Source of the DNA: Callorhinchus milii
Taxonomy: Eukaryota
NCBI RefSeq assembly: GCF_018977255.1
Contig: NW_024704807.1
Coordinates: forward strand, 124,001-188,000
DNA: 64,000 nt
Direction of reading: 5' to 3'
The position numbers and the translations under genes are program-made. The notes below the pieces were generated by a model. That model was not told where the DNA came from. It saw only the letters and a list, made by a program, of their open reading frames with translations, and searched no databases. Below, in pieces: positions 11,927 through 25,509 of this stretch. The number at the start of each line of letters is the position of its first letter. The first letter of the stretch is position 1.

Positions 11927-12375
11927 ATGAATCGCGAATATACTTTACTCTTCATCCTCCTGAAAGCTGCCGTGTTCTTTTGGGGTGAGTATGTTTCACA
12001 GACAAATGTCGCTTGCCCTTTGTGAGAGATTGTGTTTAGTTCGACCACAATTAACGAGTGAGTTTCATTAACAGATTTTCTTTCGTTTACCAGGAGTCAG
12101 TGGTAAGGAGAAAGTCTACCAGACGCCACTCTCTGTGATTGTTGGGGAGAAGGAACAAGTTTTTATCAGCTGTTCCACAACAGATACCAATCAGGCCTTA
12201 CAATGGTACAGACAGTATCCGAACCAGGCTCTCAGACACTTGGTAACAGGAAAGACAGGAAAGCAGCAGAAGGAGAGGATCACAGCAACAATGAACTATA
12301 AAGAGAAGGGCAGTAACCTGAGCATCACAGGCACAGAAGTGACAGACGCCGCCACCTACGTGTGTGCACTGGAGA
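11927..12375 (+). CDS. TRAV: TCR alpha/delta V segment, family C, intact
   Basis: Leader 11927-11984 (MNREYTLLFILLKAAVFFW-G); V exon 12094-12375 ending TYVCALET; RSS CACAGTG 12376-12382, 23 bp, ACATAAACC 12406-12414. Confidence 0.93.
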
Positions 12376-12994
12376 CACAGTGAGACAATCGCATAGAGAG
12401 GCCGTACATAAACCCCCAGTGATCAGTCAGCAATTCCCCTCTTGTTCATCACAATAACTGCTCAGCACTCATTGCCTCCCAGTTTCCCTCCATTTCCTTG
12501 TAAATGACGGGATGTCCATGTCATGTCTGCAGGACATGTGGTGTCATATAGCTCAGTGGTGAGAGCGAAAGGACTTTGTTAGATTAGGGACAGATGGCTT
12601 TTACAGGGGTAAAGTTTCCTTCAATACTGATAACAAATTAGTCACTCAACTCAATGGGACACAGATGCGAACGATTGGCTGCTGTGTTTCGCTCACACAA
12701 TGTGCAGCCAATTCGTATACCGTGTAATATGTGAAGTACTTTGCGGCGTCTGGAAGGTGTAACAATATGCAACAGCGAATGAAAAGATTATTATTATAAT
12801 TAAATTTAATCATGTTATTGTCGCAGTAATAATTTCAAAGTCTTGCTTTCTGGGGCAATGCCCCCACATGTACGAGCCTTTCTGTGGGGTATTATTCAGC
12901 AGGATATCATCAAACACAACAACTCATATTCAAGTACTGCCATACACAACGGGAAATAAAAAATAGGCTGAAAAATATTTGCCATCAAATGTCT

Positions 12995-13200
12995 CCAATT
13001 GTACAGGTGATGTAGCTGCAATTCACCAGCAGAAGGCGAAGCAAACACATGTACAACATGAGCTGCAACTTGTACAACTTGTCACTTTCCTTTCTGCAAC
13101 GATCTTCCTTGGCAACACTAACAGCTGCTTCCTGTTATATTTAACATTGGTTCACTCATACAATATTGCTGCTTCAGCTGAAAGATACAAAGTTTTCTCC
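12995..13200 (+). promoter_or_regulatory. Conserved intergenic module 1 with CTCF-like core
   Basis: CCAGCAGAAGGCGA at 13026-13039; the module recurs six times. Confidence 0.55.
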
Positions 13201-14566
13201 AAAGCATAAGTAACAAAAGTTTTAGTTTACTCAAGAAGCAGCTTCTGTGTCACTTTTTCTAGATTATTGCCTGTCTCCCAAATAACCAGTCGCCCATAAT
13301 CCGATCTCTCTGCTGTATAATGCTTCTCTCCTGAAATGTTGTCGATATGGCTACCACCACCCTTTCAGGCAATATATTCATGCAGCATAATGTGGGAAGC
13401 GCTTTCAGACGCATCACCGGCATCATATGTCAAAGGAACACATGCAAACATATATATTAATATTCCTGGTTCAGGGTAACATTTATATTGCAGTGTCTTA
13501 CCACTGAGTGTCTCTCGGGCGCTGATATTCTGACAAGACACCACTGACTTGAAAGCCTGTGAAAAATGGTTCAATAAAGCATATCCCTTCACACGTCTTC
13601 TAATCGTTTTCAGAAGGTTGCCAACCGCATCCCATTGCTTGGTTTGGACTTTTCATTCGGAACAACAGATGTACTCGAAACGTAGGTTATTGGAATCAAA
13701 ATTTATTGTAGGGTATCAGTCGACATAACGGACGGATATTTCAGGATTATCTGACTGCTCTGCTCCCACCATTACTGGAAAACCTATTCGTTATATCCGT
13801 ATCTATCCTAAACCTGGTTTGTACGGAATATAGGGATTTTGGGGATCTCTTTTCCTGAAACACAAATTTCTTCATACAGTATTCCTGCAAGCAGACCAAT
13901 TATCAAGATCTGTGCTCTTTGCATCTGGGTCCTGTAGGCTGGTGGTGAGAATACTCGCCTCGCAAGCAGGATACACGGTTACGATTCCAAGCATTGCGAA
14001 AGGTTGGGCAAGTTTCCTTACTCCAATCGCTTCTGTTTAACCGAGCAGTAAATAGCAACCCTGGTGTTAGTCGAATGGCGGAAAGATGGCCGATTTAACA
14101 ATAACTTTAAAAAATGATCAGTTGTTGATTCAATCCAAGACTGTTTGTGTGACAATGCTGTGCACAATTTGCTGCCTATCGTTACGCTGTAAAAATGCAG
14201 TCAGTTCGTTTGACAATATATTCTGTGAAACAATTCGAGACGTTTCCAAGCTGCGATGAGGCGCTATACCAAATACAAGGATTATTATTTTTATTAGTTG
14301 TCTCGTTCCTTGGGTCATTGTAAATCTTCCTCTCTACACTATCTCTTTCACACACCACTGTGGTTTGGCACAGAGAGGCGAAGGAATCTGCACATCAACG
14401 ATAGGAGGAGTCGCAATACACCTCCAGCAATGACCAGAGAAAACATAATGACGCGGGGATCAGCGATAACTCCTCAAGTTAACGTTCATAAACCAGACAC
14501 TACCTTTGGATGATTTTCCGTTGCATTTCAACGAAAGATTTTGACGTGAATCAACGAGTTTTGAGA

Positions 14567-15021
14567 ATGAAGCCGAATTACGCAGCAAAATATATGATTT
14601 ATAGTTTAACAGTATTTTTGCGGTGTAAGTAATGTATGAGTTGGGACACATAAATGCTTGTTTTACTGCTGAATAATTGCAAATTTTTGTTGCAGATATG
14701 TTCCGAATTTATTTCTAAGAATGTTCATTTCTGTTTTCCAGGTGTTTTAGCTGAAAGCGATGTATCACAGAGACCTCAGACCGTGACAGCGACCGAAAAT
14801 GGAAATGTATCTCTCGAGTGCACCACCACTTTGCTTAGCCCTACCTTTCAGTGGTACATACAGTATGGAAACGGCACCATCCGGTTCTTGGTTTTGGGAA
14901 CAAAAGATATCAACGTGAAGGACAGGATAAGAGCTTTGGTTAATAGCAAAGAGAAAAACAGCACTCTAACGATCCAAGACGTGCGAGCGACAGACACCGC
15001 TTCTTACTTGTGTGCGGCGAG
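14567..15021 (+). CDS. TRAV: TCR alpha/delta V segment, family A, intact
   Basis: Leader 14567-14624; V exon 14742-15021 ending SYLCAAS; RSS CACAGTG 15022-15028, 23 bp, ACAAAAACA 15052-15060; TGACGTGA upstream of the ATG. Confidence 0.93.
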
Positions 15022-15225
15022 CACAGTGCTGTGTGTCGAAGAGGCACCTGTACAAAAACATCCTGGAGGTACTGCAACTCAATGGTGACAGCACTCGCTC
15101 GCAAAAGGGGGCCTCGGTTCAATTCCCGGTAAGGCAAAACGGTGGGCAAATATCCTTACTGCACATGCGCCTGTTTACCTGTCGATATGTAGGAACCTTT
15201 TTGCAAATCGATTGGTGGAGAGAAT

Positions 15226-15436
15226 GAAGCCATACAATGGTACAGACAGTATCCGAACCAGACACTCCAACACTTGGTAAATGGAACGCCAGGAGAGTAG
15301 CAGAAGGAAAGGATCAAATGAATGCAATGAACTGCAGAGACAGGAGCAGTAATCTGAGAATTACGGGCAAAGAAGGCACCTTCTGGTAAAGGGCAGACAC
15401 GGTGAGTCAATCACATAGAGAGGCCTTGTAAAAACA
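15226..15436 (+). pseudogene. TRAV: 5'-truncated family C V remnant with degenerate RSS
   Basis: Reads EAIQWYRQYPNQTLQHLVNGTPGE*QKERI; CACGGTG 15398-15404, 23 bp, GTAAAAACA; 3' flank matches the family C genes. Confidence 0.8.
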
Positions 15437-16420
15437 TCCAGAGATCAGCCAGCAATTCCCCTTTTGTTCATCACAATAGCTGATCAGCCTCAACTTTCTT
15501 GTTAATGACGGCACTTTCGTATTATGTCTGCAGGATTGTGGTTTCTTTATGCTTATTTTGTTTGAACGAGAGGACCTGGGCTCAATTCCAAGGCGAGACA
15601 GGAAGAAACAAATTTCTCTACTCCACACGCAAACTTCGTTTTACATAGCAGTAAGAAGGAAAAAGCTCGCTCAGTCGATTGTCAGATTGCATTACTGCGT
15701 GGAATAATCCCTCAAACCTGCTTTTAAAAGTATAATAATTGAGAGAATTTAGTCATTCCACACAAGATTGCTCAAGGGACATGGCTCAGCTGAATTGGCT
15801 GCCTTATTTCGCCCGAAAAATAATCAATGATTTCGCTTGAAGGTAATACAATTTAAAAATGTATCTTTGTTATTGTTGCATACTCGCTGAGGTCCGTTGA
15901 GACTACTAGAAGATGTGACTAGGCGGCATATGAAACCCAATAACTGTTATAATGATTGTTACCATTATATTCTGTGAAGGCCTTTGCGAGATCTTGATGT
16001 CATGAGGGAGAGATATGTCAAATGCTTTCATAGCTATTGTCTTAGATGCAAATTTGTGGATACTCTGTATATTCTGAAGGGAAGGAGCGGTAACCATGCA
16101 GACAGTTGGCGTAAACAAGACTAGACATTAATAATAAAAGTGAATCATTGATTACATAATCTGAATGTAGCTCAAGATAGATTTGCCTCCCCAAGTCATG
16201 TTTCTTGCCATTCTGCGCCAAGCAACGTTCCAAATATAACAAACCAGGGTCATCAAGCAAGTTCCTTCCCATAGGATCATTTGCATGCACAGATGTCATT
16301 CATATGCGGAACGCATGTATGTGATTTGGATGAACCTAAAAACGGGTGTAACTTGCAGCTGGTATCAGATAATCGGCTGAAAGAGAGTCATGACAGTGAT
16401 GGAAAAGAACAAATAATATT

Positions 16421-16745
16421 AATAATAATAATAATAATCCTTGCATTTGATATAGCGCTTTTCACGTCAGGAGGACGTCCCAAAGCGCTTCACAGAACAC
16501 ACTTGAAAGTGAATTGACTGTATACTTGTGGGCGAACGCGGCAGCCAATTGCGCACAGTAATGTCCCACAAACAGTCGTAGATTGAAAATGACCAATTTT
16601 TTTGTTTTTGGTTTTGGAGGGATTATTATTAGGCTCTGTGTGGAGTAACGAAACTTGCCCAAGGTTTCGCCCTCTGCCTGGAATTGAACTCAGGTCTCTC
16701 ACTTGCAAAGTGAGTGCTCTAACCACTGAGCTACAGGACTCCAAA
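16421..16745 (-). mobile_element. tRNA-derived SINE, near full length
   Basis: Closely similar to 11122-11442 from head to (ATT)n tail. Confidence 0.8.
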
Positions 16746-16965
16746 CACAAATGGAGGAGCGAGATGACAGAGCAGAGAAGATGACGCAAAATGACAGAGA
16801 TACGAGGTTTGTATATAACCCAAACAACTGCTCCTTCGCAGTAAACGGAAACTTCTGCATGTCATTTGCTGTTAAGCCCTCCTCACGATATCCTACTGCC
16901 TTCAAACCAGCATTCTCCAACTACACCATCAACTCTTTCTCAACGATCCGCTCCAATACATACAA

Positions 16966-17847
16966 ATGACAATGTATATCTATGTGGCAGCAGCCATCAT
17001 TGCCTTGTCAGGTAAGCCATACATTAGATCTATCCGTCTGGTTACTGCACATATCCTGCAATGCCTATGAGTTATTGCACTAAATATCCAACATGCTGCA
17101 TGACTCGTGGAGTCCTGTTGCTCAGCGGATAGTGAACTGGCCTCGGAAGCGTGAGGATATGGGTTCGATTCCCGGGCGAGACATGCGGCAAGTTTCCTTA
17201 CACTACAAATACAAACCTCTGTTTACCCAGCGCTAAGTAGCTACACGTTTTTTAATTGGATCAGATTTCGGGCGGAAATAATGCTTTAAAAATAATTGTA
17301 ATTTTGATAACAATAAGAATGCGTTCATTCAATGCAATGCTCTTTGTGGGAGAATGTTGCGCGCAATTACCTGCCACGTTTCGCCCACAAACTACAAAGT
17401 AAAGATATATTCTGTGAAGCATTTGCTGACGTCTGAGCCATGTGATAAGTGGCCATAACAAATCCAATTATTAAATCGATTTGTATTGCTGTTGTTGCTG
17501 TTGTGTTGAACGCTGATATCTCTCTGTTTTTCAGGACATTGTGGAGCAGAATCTGTGACACAGCTCCAATCTACTGTAAGAGTGAAAGAAGGGGAAACTG
17601 TTTATCTGCAGTGTAATTACACAGCTACAAACGACAATAATCCCTATCTGTTCTGGTACCGTCACTGTCCCAACAAACCTCCAGAATATATCCTTAGAAC
17701 AGACTCCAGCAACAAGTTCCCGGATCACGCGGACTTCGCAAAGGAACGCTTTTCAACGAATGTGTCTAAAGCGGAGCGAACCGTCCCATTAAATATATCT
17801 CATGTGAGAGTTACAGACACCGCGGGGTATTACTGTGCACTGAGCCC
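16966..17847 (+). CDS. TRAV: TCR alpha/delta V segment, family B, intact
   Basis: Leader 16966-17011; V exon 17535-17847 ending GYYCALSP; RSS CACAGTG 17848-17854, 23 bp, ACAAAAACT 17878-17886. Confidence 0.94.
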
Positions 17848-18464
17848 CACAGTGGCGTAGATCAGTGACTTAGCTGTACAAAAACTGACAAGTGCAGTCG
17901 TGTAGCTCAATAGCTGGAGGACTCGCCTCGCAAACGACACCACCAGAACCAATCAATGTGCAAGTTTCCCTTCTCCACGCAGCAACACACCTCTGGTTAA
18001 CTTGCAGTGTGGTTGTTGGTCCAATGTTGAATCTCTTTTCCAGCTGTGATAAGTTCTTCAACATAGTAATAATAATAAATTGATCCCTCAATCCAAAGGG
18101 ATTGACGTGAGCAATATGGTGCTTTGCTTCGGCTACACAATATGCAGTTAACTGGTTTACAACATATTCTGCGAAGCACTTGGAGGCGTTTCGCAGACGT
18201 GATGAACGCTATATCAAATGCAAGGATGCAATGATTATTATTACATATAATCGACGTGAAAAGCGCTATATCAAATGGAAGGATTATTATTATATTATAT
18301 TCACAGAAATAACCTCAAAAGTCTTACATTCTGAGAAGTTCTACCATATGCATTTGTTTTCCTTTGGCAACTTAATAAGTACGAAAACGTCAAAACAACT
18401 TAGTACTATATAGCGCCGTTCACAATTCTAAATATAAAATGGTGTAAAACAATTTACAATCAGA

Positions 18465-18660
18465 TGTCTCCAATTGCACTCGTACTGCAGCTACAGTCCT
18501 TCAGCAGATGGCGAACTAAATATAGAACAGGAGCTGCAACTCTCATAAATTGACACGTTTCTTTCTGTAACTAACTTTCTTGGAAGCAACAACAGGTGCT
18601 TCCTGGTACAGTTGACATAGTTCCCTCATACACGCTATGGCTGCTTCAAACGTAAAGTAC
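18465..18660 (+). promoter_or_regulatory. Conserved intergenic module 1 with CTCF-like core
   Basis: TCAGCAGATGGCG at 18501-18513; ACAGGTGCTTCCTG downstream. Confidence 0.55.
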
Positions 18661-18944
18661 AAACTTTGTTTACAGCATGGCTTTAGACTGCTCAGGAAGC
18701 AATTTCAATTGCATATTTTGTATTTTATTATCTTTCTCCCAAATAAGCAGCGGCCCTTCAGTGGATGTCACTGCGTTAATAAATGCGTTTGCTTTTATTA
18801 ACGGGAATATGGTCGTTAGCTTTTGTTTAATTTCAGAAGATGATTAAAGCTCACTTTGTTTAATTTAATTTGGATATCTGAGTTTGCAGATTCCTTAGTT
18901 TGATGCAATGCTAAGAAGGACGGGAAAACGATAATAATCACAAT

Positions 18945-19135
18945 AATTATAATAACTATAACAGTAATAGTAAAGATAATAATAATTATAATAATAATTA
19001 ATAATAATAATTATAATAATAATGATAATTATAATAATAATAATAATAAATATAATAATTATTATAATAAATATAATAATTAATATAATAATTATAATAA
19101 TTATAATAATTATGATAATTATAATAATCATAATA
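18945..19135. repeat. Degenerate (AAT)n microsatellite
   Basis: About 190 bp of AAT/ATT units adjoining a reverse SINE/L2-type tail. Confidence 0.95.
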
Positions 19136-20111
19136 CTTGCCTCTGATACAGCGCCTTGTAAGTTGGAGGCTGTGGCCAAGCGTTTAATATTCGTTTCTGT
19201 AAAAAAGAATTCACAGTATGGTGTAGGCCAATACACGAATCAATTTTCACACATTAAAATGATTTGTTTTGTATTAATTTGGGAAGAAGATTAACACTGA
19301 CCTAATTTATTTTGATATTGGAATTGAAGAACTATCTTATATAGTTGCTCTGTCTTCGACGTAAATCAAAACAGAACTGGACAGCGATAAAATATAATAA
19401 TCGTTGCCTTTCATGTAGCGTCTTTCATGTTGGCGGTGTTTCAAAGAGATTAATGTCAGCAACTTAAAAATACGTTACTGCAATTCATAGGCAAGCAAAC
19501 TAGGGCATTTGCATACGCTAATTTCCACATAAATATTATAAATTGAGTGATGGCCTTTATCTGGGGGATACTGTCAATACAGCCCTCATGGAGTGTTGAC
19601 TTTGATTGTATGTCTGGAGTGTGAGCTCAAAGTGTCGACGTGGGTCCCGAGACAACATCATTGTGACTCCACATATTACCAGCAATAAAGGCGCATATTC
19701 ACCTCAGCCGTGATGAGAGAAAGTAAATCTGTTTTCCTTAAGGCTAGGCTGCATGATTCAACACCAACAACATTAATGCAGTGACAATAACCGTAATGAT
19801 CCATGCGTTCGTTATAGCGTATTATGACTTCTTCGAAGCGTGTCAAAGCACTTCACAGAATATACTGTAAATATGTAGTTTGTCGATGAAACGCTAATCT
19901 ATGACTCCAACCAACTCAATGCACATTGCTTCCGAATCACCAGAAAATCAAGTTCAAGGTCCTCTGGTTAGTGGGTAACGCCTACAATTGGAGACAATAA
20001 ACCACTGATCCCGTCAGTTCAGCCGCTTCCTCACAACTTGACACAGAAACAGCAACACAGCGATATACAAAGGAAGAGATTACATTATCTGTCCACACCT
20101 CAGCAGCCAAC

Positions 20112-20957
20112 ATGACAGCTCTCTGCGAGTTACTGATAGCAATCCTCACCATAGCCAGTAAGTGTGTGTGCACATGTCCAGCGCACGACCTTTACATTAC
20201 ATTATATCTGATGCTTAATATTCAGAGCAATCGCCTCGCAAGCTACAGGACCTCTGATCGATTCTCGGGCAATCGAGACTTTCAGCAAAGTTTGCTTGCA
20301 CCTCACGCCTCTGCTTATCAGATTTAAGTGGAAACCCGGTTTTTAGTCGAATCGTGGACCGCTTTCCGACGGTAATAACGCAATTTTAAAAAGAATCAGC
20401 TGACAATAATTTGATTACTCAATACATGGTTTGTTGTTTTTGCTGATGTTGTTGGACATGGCTGTGTTTAATCGCCTGACAGGGTTCTCCCAAAAAAATT
20501 CGTCAATTCGCTTTTAAAATATATTCTCTGGGCTCTTTGAGACGTCTGAACTGTGTGATAAGGCGCTGTACAAAAAAATATAATTATTATCATTATAGTG
20601 ATTTGAATTTATCACTGAACGTTGCTGAGCAAAATGTGTTGTTTTTTGTGTACTTGCAGAAGTCGGCGGACAAGATGTTGTATCCCAATATCCTCCGGAG
20701 ATAACAGATTTTGAAGGAAAAGACTTGACACTAAAATGTAATATTTCAAGTTTGGACACTGCCTTCTGGTACAAGCAATATCCCGACGGAAAAATTCAGT
20801 ACTTACTCAGGATATATATCACTGGAAAGGTAGACAAATCTCCTGATCTACCTGAACGTTTCACAGCCGAGCTGATCAAGGAGAATAAAGTAATTGAGCT
20901 GCAGATACTCAGGGCTGTTGTGGGTGACAGCGCTGTGTATTGCTGTGCCATGGAGCC
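20112..20957 (+). CDS. TRAV: TCR alpha/delta V segment, family D, intact
   Basis: Leader 20112-20157; V exon 20660-20957 ending SAVYCCAMEP; RSS CACACTG 20958-20964, 23 bp, ACAAAAACT 20988-20996. Confidence 0.92.
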
Positions 20958-21029
20958 CACACTGATAGAGGAGGGCAGGTTCCCCGTACAAAAACTCTGC
21001 AAACACTCATAACTTGCTCTCACAATCCA

Positions 21030-21270
21030 AAAGCCCAGAGCGCAAAGCGGAAGGAAGAAACTTTCAACTAATTGGGGTAGAGAAATCTGATCTTCTGCTG
21101 ACGTCACGTGGCGCCTTCTGTTTCTCTTTGAACCCTCTCAATGGCTCGTTTCCCCTCGTTACCAAATTGACAGCTGCCCCCGGGGGCGTGAAGCCAACAC
21201 ATATTAGGCCGTTGTCGAGCCGTCGTCACACACTGAGAGGCTTCCGCTGAATACCTCGTCCAAACTGTCT
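21030..21270 (+). promoter_or_regulatory. Conserved intergenic module 2 (CRE, E-box, GC palindrome)
   Basis: TGACGTCA 21099-21106 overlapping CACGTG 21105-21110; GCCCCCGGGGGC 21176-21187; homologs at 31220, 42190 and 1260. Confidence 0.5.
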
Positions 21271-21590
21271 ACTTCATAAAATTCCTTGACATTTGAGACA
21301 GCGCCTATCAAATCAACGAGTCACTTGAAATCGCTTGAAAGACTATACTGCAAAGTGTAGTGACTGTGTATTGTATGAGCGAAACTCGAGTACGAATTGG
21401 ACACAGCAGAGACTCTGAAACAGTCGTGGATTGAGTGACAATTTTCTTTGAGGGAAAATTACCCTTGGAAATGGATCAGCAAATGGACTAACAACCGGGT
21501 TTGCTACGTGTTATTCGGTAGACAGAAGGGTGTGGAATAAGGAGACCATCCTAAGGTTTAAAGGAAACTTGAATCACGGAAAGTATCGCT

Positions 21591-22038
21591 ATGAAGTGCG
21601 AATACACTTTACTCTTCATCCTCCTGAAAGCTGCCGTGTTCGTCTGGGGTGAGTAGGTTTCATCGATAAACCCCGCTTGCGCTTTGCGAGAAATTGTATT
21701 TAATTCGACCACAATTAACGAGTGAGTTTCACAAACAGATTTTCTTGTATTACCAGGTGTCAGTGGTCAGGATACAGTCTCACAGTCGCCACTCTCTGTG
21801 ACCGCTGAGGAGAAGGAAGAAGTGCTTCTCAGCTGTTCCACGACAGTATCGAATCAAGTCTTACAATGGTACACACAGTATCCGAAACAGGCCCTCAAAC
21901 ACTTGGTATCAGGAATGACAGGAGAGCAGCAGAAGGAGAGGATCACAGCTACAATGAACTATAGAGACGGGAGCAGTAATCTGACCATCACACGCACAGG
22001 AGTGACAGACGCCGCCACTTACTTGTGTGCAGTGGAGA
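21591..22038 (+). CDS. TRAV: TCR alpha/delta V segment, family C, intact
   Basis: Leader 21591-21648; V exon 21757-22038 ending TYLCAVET; RSS CACAGTG 22039-22045, 23 bp, ACACAAACC 22069-22077. Confidence 0.93.
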
Positions 22039-23578
22039 CACAGTGAGACAATCACATGGAGAGGCCGCACACAAACCCCCAGTGATCAGTCAGCAATTCA
22101 CCTCTTGTTCATCACAGTAACTGCTCAGCACACACTGCCTCTCAGTTTCCCTCAATTTCCTTGAAAATGACGTGATATTCCTGGCGTGTCTCAAGGAATG
22201 TGATGACATGCAGCTGTGGAGCGAGAGGTTCTGGGATCAATTCCCGGGCGAGACAGGGAGAAACTTTAGTCAAGTTTTCTTACTCCACATAAACTCCTCT
22301 CTTAACTGAATAGGAACCCGGTTGTTTGTAAACTGGCGGAATGCTTTTCCAGAATAATAATTCATTAAAAAGATAATCATTTGAAAATATGTGGGAAATC
22401 AGTGGCACAATTTTGGGGTCAATTGAATATGAAAATACATTTCAAATAATTGCATTACATTATGGCCTTTCACAGCAGATGAATATCCCAAGGGAATATT
22501 CGGAACGCTGCTGTGTGTAACTTCCTTCCACTCTGCGCCCAACTAATATATAATCATTTCATATTACATGAGATCGCGTGAGTCGAATTGAGACAACTCG
22601 ATGATGTGATCAGTTCATCTATTAAACTCAATGTTTAACATAATGTTTATTGTTATTATTATATGCTGTGAAGCGCATCGACAGATCTCGAATGCATGAT
22701 TAGGTGCTATGTCGAAGGCAATTATTATTATTATGTTTACCGAGATGTTTATATTCTTTCGCTTCTGAAGACAAATGTATGGTTATTCTGCAAGTAGTCA
22801 GACGGTGTTTCAATCCTGGATATTAGTAATAACAGTAAATTTAAAGCGCTTCATCTGAATTTAGCCTCACATCGATTTATCTCCCTTCGTCTTGGCTCTT
22901 AAAATAATAGAAAATGATCCTTGCATTTGGAATAGCGCTTTTCACGTCTTCAAGAGGTCTCAAAGCGCTTAACAGAGTTTACTGTAAAGTGTATTGACCG
23001 CATATGTGTGGGCGAACCGCGGGAGGCATTTGCGCACAGCATAGTCCCACAAAGAGTCTTGGAATGAATCTGACCTACTTATTATTGCTTTGGATGGATT
23101 ACTGTTAGGCGTCTGGAAAAAGGAAACTTGTCCAAAACACGTGACGGTCTTTGCCTGGAGATCTGCGAAGATAATTAATCAGGATGTGTCCTTCGAAGAA
23201 GAAAGCAAGTTCATTTACACAGGCACATTGACATGCACAGATGGCACACAGATATGCAACTCACGCAATTGTTTTGGATGAACTGAAATAAGGGTGTAAC
23301 TTGCTGCCGGTGTCAGACACCTATTCGGCTGAACGAAGACATGTCAGTGATGGAGGAGAACCAATGGACGAGTCAGATGGCAGAGAAGAGAAGATGACGC
23401 GCAATGACACATACACAAGGTTTGTACATAACCCTCAGACTTGCTCCCTCACAGTATATGGCAACTTCTACAGATTATTTCCTGTTCATCCCTCCTCATG
23501 GTATCTTAGTGACTCCCAGCCAACATTATCCAACTACAAGATCAACGCTCTGTCAACGCCACCTGCCGTTAAATACAT

Positions 23579-24394
23579 ATGGCAGTGCTTATCTATGTGA
23601 CAGCAGTGATCATTACCTTTTCAGGTAAGCGATAAACTCGTCTGTCGGTCTGTTTCTTGACTGTATTAACCAATCCTTATGTCTTGTAGACTAAAATAAG
23701 CAAAATCAAGCATGCCTCGTAGAGTCTTGTAACTCACCAAACAGTAACTCACCGGAGTGAATTGGCCTCCCAAGTGAGAGGAACTGGGTTCGATTCCCGG
23801 TTGAGACACAGTGAAACCTTAAACAAGTTTCCTTACTCTACACATGTATGAACATGTTTACCCATACTAAGTACATGCCATTTCCGTAGTCGATTGATGG
23901 AACGCATTTCGGGGCAAATAACCCCTGAAGAAAACTCCTATTAATAATAATGGGGTCACAAAACGTACAATCACATTATATTCTGTGAAGTGTTTGGTGT
24001 CGTCTTAACGGCTTTATAAGGCACTGTGTCAAACACAAGGATAACTATTGTCATTGATGTTATTGTTTTGATGGTTCCCAGGATTTTGTGGAGGAGACAG
24101 TGTAACACAGCTCCAATCTATTGTGACAGTGACTGAAGGGGAGGATGTTTCTCTGCAGTGTAATTATTCAGTTGCAAGCGACGGCTCTGACTATCTGTTC
24201 TGGTACCGTCACTTAACCAACAAAGCTCCAGAATATATCCTCAGAACATCCACCATCAACAGGAACAAGGACCACGCGGAATTCGCAAAAGAACGTTTCT
24301 CAACGAATGTGTCTAAAGCGGAGAGAACCGTCCCATTAAATATATTGCACGTGAGAGTTACGGACTCCGCGGGGTATTACTGTGCACTGAGCCC
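23579..24394 (+). CDS. TRAV: TCR alpha/delta V segment, family B, intact
   Basis: Leader 23579-23624; V exon 24082-24394; RSS CACAGTG 24395-24401, 23 bp, ACAAAAACT 24425-24433. Confidence 0.94.
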
Positions 24395-25509
24395 CACAGT
24401 GGCACAGATCAGCGATTCCACCCTACAAAAACTGCCATGTGGAACCCTGTAGCTCAGTGGTTATAGCACTCGCCACACAAGGGAGAGACTTTGGTTCAAT
24501 TCCCAGCAGAACGAAGCATTGTGCAACTTTCCTTATTCTACACACACATCTCTGGTTACCAGCAGTAAGTGGGAAGCAGGTTGTTAATAGATTGGCGTTT
24601 CGATTTTCCAGAGATAACAATTCCTTCGGAATATTAGCGTTGATAATAAATTGGGCACTTCATGCACTGGGATAGCGATGTGTACAATTTGTAGCAGTGC
24701 TTTGCACTCACAATATACAGTCAATTCATTTACGGTATATCCTATGAAGCACTGTGTGGCGTCCCGAAGATGTGATACGGCGTAGTATCAAATGCAACTG
24801 TTATTGCTATTAATGTTATTAACTGTAGTCATGTTATCATCCAAGTAATAAGTAAAAAATGTCTTGCCTCTGGGGAACGTTGTCACTTGCACGATTCTTT
24901 CTGTGCTGCTTTATTCAGTAAGAAAACATCAAAATAAACAAGTTCCATTTATGTAGTTTCCCAAAAAAAATTTCCTCTATTTATAGAGAAACTGTTTATT
25001 CTGGTTGGTTGGGGAATGTAGAAGAAAAGTGCATTATCCAGTCCAGTTAGCAGAGACAATTAGAAAAAAAATTATGAAAAATGTAAGGAAATCTGGAAAA
25101 TTTCCACAAAGATTCTGGGGATGTTAGTTCCGTTCCTATTATCCAGACGAAGTTGGATACATTTATTTTAGGACAGAATTTCAATCGATTGGGGGAAACG
25201 GCTGGAATATGAGCTGAGGGATATATCAGCCAAGATATGAATTAACGTTGGAAATGGCTCAAGGAGCAGAATGGCCTCTTGGTATTCCAATTTAGCGCTT
25301 TCCACTTAGGGGAGCGTTTTGGCGATGAACTAAAAAGGCAAGTCAGGCAGCAAATGTTTGCACAGAGAAATGACAAATTAAGGAATGTGACCGACGTTGC
25401 ACAGTAATGTTCCAGGGAAAAACAGAAGATAGGAGTAACGAGCAGGAAAATGTGACAAATATATCAAATTCCAGTGCAAAAACAAAAACAACTATGCTGC
25501 GAAACCCCA

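Noticed and set aside
14567-14741. Family A Vs as leaderless segments
   Set aside because: 58-nt leader exons with GTAAGT donors were found for all five copies.
18895-19294. Poly-Ile ORFs on both strands
   Set aside because: Translation of the (AAT)n microsatellite.
21229-21267. CACACTG followed by a weak nonamer in module 2
   Set aside because: The nonamer is poor and not conserved in the other copies; no V frame precedes it.
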